A DNA stretch of 64,000 nucleotides, from the NCBI GenBank assembly GCA_963706325.1, contig CAVPLT010000001.1:992001-1056000 (forward strand), written 5' to 3'. The notes beneath the pieces were generated by a model. That model saw only the letters and a list, made by a program, of their open reading frames with translations. It ran no database searches and had not been told where the DNA came from. The position numbers were made by a program, and so were the translations under genes. This DNA comes from an uncultured Nitrospiraceae bacterium (GTDB lineage Bacteria > Nitrospirota > Nitrospiria > Nitrospirales > Nitrospiraceae). Shown here in pieces: positions 44,279-53,489 of this stretch (position 1 is its first letter; every line of letters begins with the position of its first letter).

Positions 44279-44698
44279 ATGAAGAAACTTGTCCGATTCG
44301 GTGTGTCACTCGATCAGCATCTGCTCGTGGATTTCGATCGTTTGATAGAGCGACGAAAGTATACGAACCGGTCCGAAGCGATCCGCGACCTGATTCGGGA
44401 TAGTCTCGTCGGGCAGGAATGGGACGAAAACAAGGAGACAGTAGCCACGATTACCTTCGTGTACGACCACCACGTGCCGGATCTGGCGAGAAAACTGACT
44501 CACATCCAGCACGATTTTCAAGGTCATATCATGGCGGGGATGCACGTCCATCTCGACCATGTTCATTGTCTGGAGGTCCTAGTGGCCAGAGGCAAGGGGG
44601 TGGCCATCCGCAAGGTCGCCGATGCCCTGCTGAGTGTCAAAGGGGTGAAGCATGGGAAGCTGACCATGACGACGACCGGCAAGGGGCTTAGTCTTTAA
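44279..44698 (+). CDS. nikR: Nickel-responsive regulator NikR
   Basis: RFGVS ribbon, NRSEAIRDLIR, YDHH, QH, HVHLDH-x-HCLE. Confidence 0.96.
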   Translation: MKKLVRFGVSLDQHLLVDFDRLIERRKYTNRSEAIRDLIRDSLVGQEWDENKETVATITFVYDHHVPDLARKLTHIQHDFQGHIMAGMHVHLDHVHCLEVLVARGKGVAIRKVADALLSVKGVKHGKLTMTTTGKGLSL

Positions 44699-45116
44699 TG
44701 ACGGTTTGTGTGCCGGATGGCCGAGGTGGGGTCTGGGCAGTCGGGTGGGCGAAGGACTGCGGGGGATGGCGGCAGAGGGTCACGCCGTCTTTGGCCTGGG
44801 ACTCAATCGAGTGTCAGCACAGGCGATGAAATGGGCCGGCGCCACCTCGATTGAAACGGCTCCGCAGATGATTCATCGTCGGCTCGATGGCGCGGATCTG
44901 ATCGTCGGGTCAGTGAGTCTCTTGATGCCGGGATCTATGTTGGACGAAGTGACGCCAGTTCTTGTGCAAGCGGTGCTGGGGTCTCCAGCAAAAAAAGTGC
45001 TTCTTCCCATCAACAAACGGAAGGTCGAAGTGGTCGGCACCGAGAGAAGAACCCTCGATGCGTTGATAGACCATGCCGTTCAGCGGATCGCGAGTCTTTT
45101 CAGGCCGATAATCTGA
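44698..45116 (+). pseudogene. DUF3842-like protein, frameshifted in a G4 run (real or assembly error)
   Basis: TAATG coupling to nikR. Adding one G at 44728-44731 gives MTVCVPDGRGGGLGSRVGEGL...AMKWAGA...SMLDEVTP..SPAKKVLLP. Confidence 0.65.
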
Positions 45117-45147
45117 GCGGCGCGGTTTGTTCCTGCTCATACTCCAA

Positions 45148-45232
45148 CAGTCAGATCACGAAGGTCTGAGGCGGCCGACATGGGCTGCCGGTAACCCATA
45201 ATGAACGCTTGTCCGTTCATCCGATCTGACTG
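45148..45232 (+). ncRNA. Candidate cis-regulatory four-way-junction RNA
   Basis: CAGTCAGATC/GATCTGACTG encloses three hairpins and ends 10 nt before the receptor start. Confidence 0.4.
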
Positions 45233-45242
45233 GGGCTCGGAA

Positions 45243-47294
45243 ATGAGTTGGCGCATCTGTTTTCTCGGTCTTGGAGTAGTGATGACCTATGCCGGCATGG
45301 CAACGCTCGTCCATGCTCATGATCCTGATCTGCCGGACCTCGAAGTCCCTGAAATAAGTATCGAAGCGGAACGACCGGTGGCTGCGTCGTCTCAGCAATT
45401 CATTCCCGACAAGGAGTACGTCATGCAACCTCAGGGTCGTCCGGCCCAGGTGTTGCGTTTGATTCCAGGGCTTGTCGCCGTGGAACATTCGGGTGGCGCC
45501 GGCAAAGCCGACCAGTATTTTTTGCGCGGGTTTGATGCGGATCATGGCACAGATGTCGCGTTTTTCGCCGACGGCATGCCGATCAATTTTCGTTCGCATG
45601 CGCATGGTCAAGGATATGCCGATTTGAACTTTATCATCCCTGAAACCATTGAAGGGTTGGAAGCCTATAAAGGTGCGTATCACGTCGAATTCGGCGATTT
45701 CAACACGGCCGGCGCCGTCAATTTCAAGACTCGTGAGATGGTGCGCGAAGGCATGGTGCAGGCGGCCGGCGGTCAGTTCGATACCCAGCGGTATCTGTTG
45801 ATGCTCTCTCCGACGAAGGATAAAGTGCGGACACTTTTTGCCGCGGAGGGGTACTACACGAACGGGCCGTTTCAAAACGACAATCGCTATTTTCGAACGA
45901 ACCTGTTGGGGAAGGCGACGATGAACCCGACTCCGCGCTCGGAGCTGAGCATCGCAGGAACCTTCCAGAAATCTCAGTGGAATGCGTCAGGTGAAATACC
46001 CCTGCGGGCCGTGCAGGATGGGTCGCTTGATCGATTCGGCGCCATCGATCCTTCAGAAGGAGGAAAAACGATTCGCTCGACCGCCCGATTAAACTACCAT
46101 TACGATACGCCGTCCGGTGGTCGATTTTTCGCGAATGCCTACGGGCAATATTATAAATTTGATCTCTTTACGAACTTCACCTTTTTTCTCGACGACCCCA
46201 TCAATGGGGATGGCATTCAGCAGTCTGACCGGCGGGTCATGTATGGAGGAGATCTCGGCTATCGGCAACCCGGACGAGTGCTGGATATGGACAGTGCCGT
46301 CACAGTGGGCCTGCAGTCGCGGGTAGACAATATCCATGCGCGGCTGGGTACGCAAACAACGCGCAATCCACTGGGGACGACCATCGACAGCGATATTCTG
46401 GAAGCATCTTATGCACCATTTGTGAAACTGGAGCTGGAACCGACGCCGTGGATGCGAGTGACCGGTGGTCTGCGAAGCGAACTCTTCACGTTTGATGTTC
46501 GGAATCGTTGTCCCGATTGCCCGGAACAGCCCGCTGGGAAGACCACCAGCGGACTCGTGTTACCCAAGGTGAACGTGATTCTTGGCCCCTGGTTCCGCAC
46601 GGAGTTTTTCGCCAACTATGGCGAGGGTTTTCATAGTAACGATGCCCGCTCTGCTGTGGCGCCGGGCTCCGCTCCGCTCGCACGCGCGAAAACCTATGAG
46701 GTGGGACTTCGTTCAAAACCCTGGGGAGCTGAGGGCCTGGAATTCATCGCGACTTTATGGGCCATCGATCTTAAATCCGAACTGTTGTTCGTCGGAGATG
46801 AGGGAACGACCGACATTCGAGGAGCAACGCGCCGACGGGGAGTCGAAGTGGGGGCACGAGGCCAAATTATCGGGCCGCTATATTTCAACGGCAGCCTCAC
46901 GTGGTCGCACGCGGAGTTTAACAATGGAGATGCGATTCCACTGGCGCCGGAGCTCACCGGGTATGGTGCACTGATTCTCCGATGGCCGGAAGGCCTGACC
47001 TCGCAACTTCAAGCCACGTACATGGGGGTACGGCCGTTGATCGAAGACCGGAGCATCAAGTCGCCGTCCTGGCTGGATATTGACCTTTCGGAACGCTATC
47101 AAATTCCGGTCAACCTGGCGCATGGGCGCCTTGAAGCGTTTCTGTTCGTGCAGAATCTGTTGAACACCAAATGGGAGCAAGCGGTCTTTGCCTTTGAGTC
47201 GAGGCTCAGAAACGAAGGGGCGGGTGTGACCGACATTCACTTTGTGCCGGGCAATCCGCGGATGGTCATGGGGGGCGTCGCATGGTATTTTTAA
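45243..47294 (+). CDS. TonB-dependent receptor (NikR-associated, possibly Ni/Co)
   Basis: Signal peptide then HAHD; HSGGAGKADQYFLRGFDADHGTD, SHAHGQGYAD; ends in WYF. Confidence 0.93.
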   Translation: MSWRICFLGLGVVMTYAGMATLVHAHDPDLPDLEVPEISIEAERPVAASSQQFIPDKEYVMQPQGRPAQVLRLIPGLVAVEHSGGAGKADQYFLRGFDADHGTDVAFFADGMPINFRSHAHGQGYADLNFIIPETIEGLEAYKGAYHVEFGDFNTAGAVNFKTREMVREGMVQAAGGQFDTQRYLLMLSPTKDKVRTLFAAEGYYTNGPFQNDNRYFRTNLLGKATMNPTPRSELSIAGTFQKSQWNASGEIPLRAVQDGSLDRFGAIDPSEGGKTIRSTARLNYHYDTPSGGRFFANAYGQYYKFDLFTNFTFFLDDPINGDGIQQSDRRVMYGGDLGYRQPGRVLDMDSAVTVGLQSRVDNIHARLGTQTTRNPLGTTIDSDILEASYAPFVKLELEPTPWMRVTGGLRSELFTFDVRNRCPDCPEQPAGKTTSGLVLPKVNVILGPWFRTEFFANYGEGFHSNDARSAVAPGSAPLARAKTYEVGLRSKPWGAEGLEFIATLWAIDLKSELLFVGDEGTTDIRGATRRRGVEVGARGQIIGPLYFNGSLTWSHAEFNNGDAIPLAPELTGYGALILRWPEGLTSQLQATYMGVRPLIEDRSIKSPSWLDIDLSERYQIPVNLAHGRLEAFLFVQNLLNTKWEQAVFAFESRLRNEGAGVTDIHFVPGNPRMVMGGVAWYF

Positions 47295-47416
47295 CAGGCT
47301 GCTGAAAAAGGCTCCCAACTTCGTTCTCCGTCATCCGACTCCTTGCGACGTACGAGAGTACGCCTCAGTCGCCGGCCTCCGTGCGGCCTCGTTGGATAGC
47401 CTTTTTGAGCAGCCTG
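47295..47416 (+). repeat. Family-A element starting at the receptor stop
   Basis: TAA|CAGGCTGCTGAAAAAGGCT...GTTCTC...ACGTAC GAGA GTACGCCTC...TGCGGCCTCG...AGCCTTTTTGAGCAGCCTG. Confidence 0.9.
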
Positions 47417-47505
47417 CCATCCAAAGGGCCTCGCTTTACTATCCGCACGCGAAAGAAGGCAGGACGCGCTGAACGTCATAAGGGAGCAACAGTAATAATT
47501 CTGTG

Positions 47506-48075
47506 ATGAGTAAATCCAAGAACACAATCCTGGACCGATCCTATTTCAGCCGTCCCACGCTCGATGTGGCGCGATCGCTGATCGGCAAGTACCTGGTTCG
47601 TGAGAACAGACAGGGGGTGGTCGCGGGACGGATTGTAGAGGTCGAAGCCTATGTCGGTCCGGAAGACAAGGCCTGTCATGGGTCGAAAGGTCGGACGGCT
47701 CGGACGGAGGTCTTGTTCGGTCCGCCCGGACACGCGTACGTGTATCTCTGTTATGGAATGCACGAAATGTTGAACGTCGTGACCGAGCAGGATGGATTTC
47801 CCGCTGCCATCCTCTTGCGGGCGGTGGAGTGTGACGGAATACTCATCGATGGACCTGGCCGGCTGACCCGCGCGTTTGGCATCGATCGTCGATTGAATCG
47901 GTGCGACCTCACGGCGGGCCAATCCCTCTGGTTTGAGGACCGTGGGGAGTTACTGCCACGAGGGGCACTGAAAACCTATCCACGGATCGGGGTCGATTAC
48001 GCAGGAGAATGGGCGAAAAAACCCTGGCGATTTCGATTGCAGATGGGGACCGATCCAGGACGAAGGAAGGGGTAG
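47506..48075 (+). CDS. mpg: 3-methyladenine DNA glycosylase (AAG/Mpg family)
   Basis: GRIVEVEAY, D.ACH, YVYLCYGMH, GPGRL, PRIG, PWRF. Confidence 0.92.
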   Translation: MSKSKNTILDRSYFSRPTLDVARSLIGKYLVRENRQGVVAGRIVEVEAYVGPEDKACHGSKGRTARTEVLFGPPGHAYVYLCYGMHEMLNVVTEQDGFPAAILLRAVECDGILIDGPGRLTRAFGIDRRLNRCDLTAGQSLWFEDRGELLPRGALKTYPRIGVDYAGEWAKKPWRFRLQMGTDPGRRKG

Positions 48076-48090
48076 GGACAGCGAGGCGCG

Positions 48091-48132
48091 AAAAAGAAAC
48101 TGGGCCGCAGTCTTGAGACTGCGGCCCAGTTT
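48091..48132 (-). terminator. Rho-independent terminator
   Basis: AAACTGGGCCGCAGTCT/AGACTGCGGCCCAGTTT stem followed by a T-run on the minus strand. Confidence 0.8.
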
Positions 48133-48151
48133 GCGTTCCATGGAATCCGAA

Positions 48152-48517
48152 CTAGTCGATCTTCCGATCGCCGGTAATCTTCGTGGCCGAGGTCACCGGT
48201 GGCTCAATCTTGATCTGCGGTCCCTGCACGTTCGGCAAACGGCCAGCGCCCTGGCCTTCGGTAATACGGGCATTGTCGGTTTTGGTCAGCTTCTGTTCGG
48301 CGCTCTTGATCGAGTCCGCTGATTTCACCAAGGTGGACTCGCCGCGGGCGTCCTTCTGCCCGGGGTCATTGGCCGTCGGTTGTCCATTCACGGGGCTGCC
48401 GTCGTTCTTCATCGGATAGCCTTCGTGCTTCGGCAGTAGCGCCGGATTCGCGGAGGCCATCGAAACTACAAACAAGACGCCTGCAAGGGTGGCTACGGTG
48501 CCGATCACGAATTTCAT
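48152..48517 (-). CDS. Secreted hypothetical protein
   Basis: AAGGAG RBS, signal peptide ending ASA, own terminator. Confidence 0.8.
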   Translation of the reverse strand: MKFVIGTVATLAGVLFVVSMASANPALLPKHEGYPMKNDGSPVNGQPTANDPGQKDARGESTLVKSADSIKSAEQKLTKTDNARITEGQGAGRLPNVQGPQIKIEPPVTSATKITGDRKID

Positions 48518-48632
48518 ACCCCTACTCCTTTGAAAGAATGTGAAAGTATGTTGGTCGAGGATAATCGATTAGAAGCCTGAATAGTGCGGGAATCTTAGCT
48601 ATCTAGAGAAGCGCTGTCAAGGAGAAAGGGGG

Positions 48633-48727
48633 GCGGCAGGCTAAGGCGTCTGCATTGCTCGCGCAATGCGCGGTCTCGGAAGTCCCTCGTTGGACGCGCG
48701 CAGGAGCAAACGCCTATACCTACCGCT
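48633..48727 (-). repeat. Family-C intergenic hairpin element
   Basis: Reverse complement CTGCGCGCGTCCAACGAG...GCGCATTGCGCGAGCAA closed by an AGGCGT/ACGCCT stem. Confidence 0.75.
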
Positions 48728-48953
48728 TGAGTTGAGGAAAAGCTGTACTCGGCCCATGCGCGCAGATGGACGGCCTCGACGACCACCGGCACGAGGAAAC
48801 AGCGGGATGACTGACGGTGGGAATGGGTGTGGTTGGTCAGTGGCTCACGGGCCAATCTACACGAAGCGAATATCGGACAGGGAAAGAGTGACGTGTTTCG
48901 GAAGGCGCTTGCGGAGAGGCGCAGCCTATCGACTCGGCCCGGGAGAATGGCGA

Positions 48954-50783
48954 CTAGGATGCGGAGGTCGGGCGACGGGGTGGACGGCGCCCACGCCCGC
49001 GATACCGATGCGCGGGGCCGCGGCTTACGCCTGGCAGGCGAATAGTGACCGTTGTTCCCTCGCCGATCGTTCCCGAAATACCAATGCTGCCTTGGTGCTC
49101 TTCCACGATTTTTTTTACCGTGGCGAGGCCCAGCCCGGTGCCCGATCGTTTGGTCGTGAAGAACGGTTCGAATACCTTGTCGACATGTTCGGGAGGAATG
49201 GGTGCCCCATTGTTCTTAATCAGGATTTGCACTTCCAGGTGTCGTGCTGCCCGCTGGTTGCTCATGGCGATCGTCAAGATGCCGCCGGGCGTCATGGCCT
49301 CGATCGCATTCTTGAAAATACTGAGAAAAACCTGCTGCATCTTGGCTTCATCGGCCCGAACAGGGGCAAGGAGGCCGGCATATTCTTTGTCCACTTGAAT
49401 GCGAGTCGCTTCCAACTCCGTGGCGACTACCGTGAGGGCGTTTTCCACCATTTCGGGGACGCGGCAGAGCCTCCGATTGAGGTCCAACGGTTTGGCAAAG
49501 TCGAGAATTTCATTGAGAATAGCTTCGATACGGATCAAGTCTCTCATCGCATTTTCCACACGGGTCTGGGGATCAAAATCAAGAATCCCTTCCGCCGTCA
49601 CCTCCTCCAGCTGCGCTCGAATCGAAGCCAGCGGCTCGCGAACCTCCGTGGCGAGAAAGGCGCTGAACTCTCCGATGGCAGCTTGGCGTTCCTGTTTCCG
49701 AATCACAGGTTCCGCTGACGTGAGAGGCGCGGCGCCGGGAGCTGCGTCCGGTGCTCCTTCAACCCTGGGGGCGCTCGATGCCGCGAGGGGCGCCGCTTGC
49801 AGCAAGTCCACCAATTTCAAATTGATCGGCTCGAGCTGGCGGGCGTCGGACACCGCGAAACGATCCGCTTCTTTTGACGCGAGGGTGATGGTGCCGCCGA
49901 CTTGGCCGCGCAAAAAGAACGGCAATACGAGCGACGACTGGAACCGGTCTTTGTACAAAAACTTATGGTCGAGGAAACGGCCCTGGGTGGATGCCAAGTC
50001 ATGGTCGACGCGAGGCTTGCGATGGCGAACGACCCATCCGGCGGCGGATGCGTCTAGGGCCAGGCGCTGACCTGCTTTCAGATCTTTTTTTTGGTCCTTC
50101 GGATCGGTCTTCTGCTCACCAGCGATGCCCAGTACTTCGACATTGCCGGCTAGGGGGTCATAGGCTCCGATCCACGCGCGATCGAACGAGAGGGTTTGTC
50201 CCAGTTCGTCAAGCAGGGCAACGATCTTCTCTTGAATCTCCGGCGTCGCATGGGAGGTCGGCGCGGTATAGACATCTGCCGGCGCGACGACTGGGATGGG
50301 CTCGGCTACGACCAATGGACGGCTAAGGATGACGTTCAGATCGAAAAGACTATCTCGATCAAGGGCTTTAGTAATGTCGTCTCCGGCCTGCTCCAGCATC
50401 ACCTTGTCTTTTTTGGCATAGACGGCGTTGTCTTTTCGCCCGATCACTAAAAAGCCGTAGGTGCGTTGCCGATTTCGCAGCGGAATACCAAGGAGTGATT
50501 TTGCGCCCGGCGTGACCAGCCGAAGCCGCATGGTGCGGGAGGCGTCGGGATCATTGGCGGCCGGCACGGTCGTCAGTACTTTCTCCGAGGAGAGTGTGCG
50601 AACGATCGACTGGACATCGCGAGGCGTGAAGCCCCGGTGCACTTGCGTCGTGAGCGGTCCCTGTTCCTGGTGGAAAATGGCGACCAATGCGGCATCGGCC
50701 GGCAGCCCATTCAGGACGGAGGTGAGGGTGCGTTGCAGATGGGTTTCGGCCGTGGCTTTGGATTGTTCCACTGGAGGACTCAT
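48954..50783 (-). CDS. GAF-GAF sensor histidine kinase-like protein lacking the phospho-acceptor His
   Basis: H-box reads LATEVREPL; N box KNAIEAM, F box FEPFFTTK, G2 GTGLGL. Confidence 0.88.
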   Translation of the reverse strand: MSPPVEQSKATAETHLQRTLTSVLNGLPADAALVAIFHQEQGPLTTQVHRGFTPRDVQSIVRTLSSEKVLTTVPAANDPDASRTMRLRLVTPGAKSLLGIPLRNRQRTYGFLVIGRKDNAVYAKKDKVMLEQAGDDITKALDRDSLFDLNVILSRPLVVAEPIPVVAPADVYTAPTSHATPEIQEKIVALLDELGQTLSFDRAWIGAYDPLAGNVEVLGIAGEQKTDPKDQKKDLKAGQRLALDASAAGWVVRHRKPRVDHDLASTQGRFLDHKFLYKDRFQSSLVLPFFLRGQVGGTITLASKEADRFAVSDARQLEPINLKLVDLLQAAPLAASSAPRVEGAPDAAPGAAPLTSAEPVIRKQERQAAIGEFSAFLATEVREPLASIRAQLEEVTAEGILDFDPQTRVENAMRDLIRIEAILNEILDFAKPLDLNRRLCRVPEMVENALTVVATELEATRIQVDKEYAGLLAPVRADEAKMQQVFLSIFKNAIEAMTPGGILTIAMSNQRAARHLEVQILIKNNGAPIPPEHVDKVFEPFFTTKRSGTGLGLATVKKIVEEHQGSIGISGTIGEGTTVTIRLPGVSRGPAHRYRGRGRRPPRRPTSAS

Positions 50784-51010
50784 CGACCTCTATGCTCCAT
50801 GCTCTGGACCAGTCAGACCGTCAGTGGTTGCCCATCGAGTAAGCGGTCGATAGGGGAGCCAAGACCTGTAGCCTGTTCGAAACATGGTGTTCGTTATAGG
50901 TTGTCAATCTCTGTGGTACATGTCGGGCGTCGGGGCGCATTGTAACAGTCGATTTCTGGTAACTCAAGGAATGCCGTGTTCCAATTGCGGTCTTCTTTCG
51001 AAGCAGATGT

Positions 51011-51463
51011 TTAGTCAGGATTGATGATGGTGGGAGGACGGTGGGATCGATTGATGGTTCTTACGCTGGCATGTTCCACTGCCAAGATGCCGTTCAAAAT
51101 AGCGCTGACTACGCTAATGACGAGGGCGCCCCAGAAGGAAGCCCAGAACCCGGCGACGGTAAAACCCTTCACGAGTGCAGCGGTCAGTTGCAAGAGCAGG
51201 GCATTGATCACCACCAGAAACAGGCCGAGCGACAGGACGATCAACGGCAACGAGAGCAAATAGAGCAGTGGTCGGACCAGCGTGTTCAATAACGTGAGCA
51301 CCAACACCGCCCCCACTGCGGCGCCAAGACTGTCCGATTCGATGCCGGGCACGACCGTCACGGCTAGAAAGACGGCAATGCCCATCACGAGCACCCGCAT
51401 GAAAAATGGTCGAAGGCCGCCGTTTGGCGGAGGCTGCGAATTCTGAACGTGAAACTCGGCCAT
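51011..51463 (-). CDS. 4-TM phage-holin-like (DUF360/YvlD) membrane protein
   Basis: LNTLVRPLL..LSLPL..LSLGLF..VINA, GF.V.GFW. Confidence 0.85.
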   Translation of the reverse strand: MAEFHVQNSQPPPNGGLRPFFMRVLVMGIAVFLAVTVVPGIESDSLGAAVGAVLVLTLLNTLVRPLLYLLSLPLIVLSLGLFLVVINALLLQLTAALVKGFTVAGFWASFWGALVISVVSAILNGILAVEHASVRTINRSHRPPTIINPD

Positions 51464-51477
51464 GGAGTGCCTGGTGC

Positions 51478-51825
51478 CTATGGAGTTGTTGGCTTCGGTT
51501 TGGAGTCTGAGAAGTGGACCTCGGTGGCGACCAGTCCGGCGTCATCTTTTTCCGCCTCAACGACGACCCGATCACCCACCTGAGGCGTATTTTTAGTTCG
51601 GCGCAGATTCTTCGCCTTGTAGTGGGTTTTGTCCGTGAGCCGTACCGAAACGGACTGACCTTTGGTTGTTTTAACCTCGATATGCACCGTGTCGATGGCG
51701 GTCACTACGCCAAGAACATGCTGGCCGCTCCCATGAGCGGCGACCCAGGCGGGCGTACAAATGAGCATCACAGCCATCAAAATGTAGCGAAGGAATATCA
51801 CGATGGAGTCCTTTCGTTGTGGCAT
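51478..51825 (-). CDS. Small periplasmic OB-fold-like protein with N-terminal His
   Basis: Signal peptide ending AA|HGSGQHVLGVV; VGDRVVV. Confidence 0.7.
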   Translation of the reverse strand: MPQRKDSIVIFLRYILMAVMLICTPAWVAAHGSGQHVLGVVTAIDTVHIEVKTTKGQSVSVRLTDKTHYKAKNLRRTKNTPQVGDRVVVEAEKDDAGLVATEVHFSDSKPKPTTP

Positions 51826-51827
51826 CG

Positions 51828-52436
51828 TCAGTGCTGGTGTGTTCCTGTCGCGGCCGCATCATCCCCTTGAAGAAAAAGCTCGAACAGCGCTTCTTCTTCC
51901 ACATCTTTTTTTGTCTTGGGATTGAGAGATTTCATCTCCTGCAACTCTTCCTCGGTCAGGCTGGGAAGATGGCGAATAAAATGCACGAGTTGCCAGCTGG
52001 CGCTGTCTTTTGCGGGGTCGCCGGTACCCCAGGCGGGCATCGCGGTAAAACGAATGCCGTTCTGAATGATGAAGAACAGTTCTCCGTCGGACATGTTTTG
52101 CGTGTCCGCCAGCCGCATGTCCGGTGACTGGGGGTACACGTTCCTGCCGATGGTCGTCTGCCCGCTGCCGTTGTTGGCATGACAGCTTGCGCAATGGTCG
52201 GCGAAGTGGGCGCGCGCGTCTTTCAGGAGTTCTTCGGTCAAGGGCAGGGGATTACGGAGCCGGCGGTTCTCGATCGGGATCGCGAGGTGTCGCAGTTGTC
52301 GGGCAATCAAGACTTCCAATGCGTTCGGCTCGGCTTTGGCACTAAACCCCGTGCTGTATGACTGATAGCCAAACCAACCCAACAGGGCCAGGGTGGCTAA
52401 TAGGCCAAGAATCAGAACCCCACAGAATTTCTTCAC
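51828..52436 (-). CDS. Membrane-anchored monoheme cytochrome c
   Basis: CASCH, SDGELFFIIQNGIRFTAMPAW; His-containing tail. Confidence 0.9.
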   Translation of the reverse strand: MKKFCGVLILGLLATLALLGWFGYQSYSTGFSAKAEPNALEVLIARQLRHLAIPIENRRLRNPLPLTEELLKDARAHFADHCASCHANNGSGQTTIGRNVYPQSPDMRLADTQNMSDGELFFIIQNGIRFTAMPAWGTGDPAKDSASWQLVHFIRHLPSLTEEELQEMKSLNPKTKKDVEEEALFELFLQGDDAAATGTHQH

Positions 52437-52520
52437 CGGCTACAGACCCCGCAGCTGGGCACAAGTCCATCTCCAATATACAGAGTCGCTAGAATGAATG
52501 CCAATTGCAGCGGTGAGCGC

Positions 52521-53348
52521 TCAATCAGCCTCAGATTGAGCGGATGATCCAGCTGGGCCGAGCAGGCGTAGAATCAGCAGGGCTGTTACCGGCACATACA
52601 TGAGCAGGCCGGTGGTTCCCTGTAAGGCCTCACCGATCCAGAACGTCATCCCGAGGTTAAACGCCAGCACTCCATAGTAGAGCCCGACTCCTAACAGCAG
52701 CCGAGGAGTGGTGGAAGGACGGTGCGACGGCAGCGGGTTGCGGAGACGGCGATCGAGGGGGAAGTACAGCAACAAGGAAATCGATCCCACCACGGCCCAG
52801 CCTACATAGTTTTCCATCGGGACGCCGAAATGCACGCCGGGGTCCGGGTAAAAATAGATCTTGCCCAGAAACCACCGGTCACCGCGCAGCGCTACTGGAT
52901 CGATCACCATGTCGATGAAGGCGAAGAACAGCACGGTCAGCGCGAACACCGGCCAAGAGGTACGGAGGGGCGCATCAAACCGTAGATCAGGGAGCCGCGA
53001 GGCGGCGGCGGTGCCGGATGTAGACTGAATCGGCAGCAGGAACAGCAGCGCGAGGCAGTAGCTGGCGAACAGCAGGAACGAAAACGAAATGGAATCCATG
53101 AACGGAATGTTAGAGAGGTACAGCTCCTGCCCGATGGTGGATCCGTTGTAGAAGTACCAGCCGAAGGGAATGCCCGTGCGCGTAGAGGAAAACTCACAGA
53201 CGAAGGCGGTCATCCAGCTGATGAGCCAGAAGCGCCAGGTCCGCGGCCAGCCGATGAGCGCAATGGCTGAAACGAGGAATGCGGCGAGGAAGGCGAACAC
53301 GTAGGGGCGTAAGACGATGGTCTTTGCAAAAAGAACGAGGAATTCCAT
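52521..53348 (-). CDS. CruF/DUF422-like isoprenoid biosynthesis membrane protein
   Basis: E..S..TGIPFGWY.Y, D..IDP, FGVP..NY.GW. Confidence 0.8.
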   Translation of the reverse strand: MEFLVLFAKTIVLRPYVFAFLAAFLVSAIALIGWPRTWRFWLISWMTAFVCEFSSTRTGIPFGWYFYNGSTIGQELYLSNIPFMDSISFSFLLFASYCLALLFLLPIQSTSGTAAASRLPDLRFDAPLRTSWPVFALTVLFFAFIDMVIDPVALRGDRWFLGKIYFYPDPGVHFGVPMENYVGWAVVGSISLLLYFPLDRRLRNPLPSHRPSTTPRLLLGVGLYYGVLAFNLGMTFWIGEALQGTTGLLMYVPVTALLILRLLGPAGSSAQSEAD

Positions 53349-53364
53349 TACGATCTGAATCCTG

Positions 53365-53489
53365 CGGATGATTAAAAAGCCCAGCCAACAAGGCCGCAGG
53401 CGACGACAAGATCGGAGGCGTACCCTCTGGGGTACGTTGAGGATTTTGTCAAGCCGAGAACGCGGTTGGGGGGCTTTTTCAGCGTCCGA
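53365..53489 (-). repeat. Family-A element starting at the hpnA stop
   Basis: Minus strand: TAG|TCGGACGCTGAAAAAG...GTTCTC...TCAACGTAC..GTACGCCTC...TGCGGCC...CTTTTTAATCATCCG. Confidence 0.85.

Noticed and set aside
51011..51463. Holin as a prophage marker
   Set aside because: This family is commonly chromosomal, and there is no endolysin or phage context.
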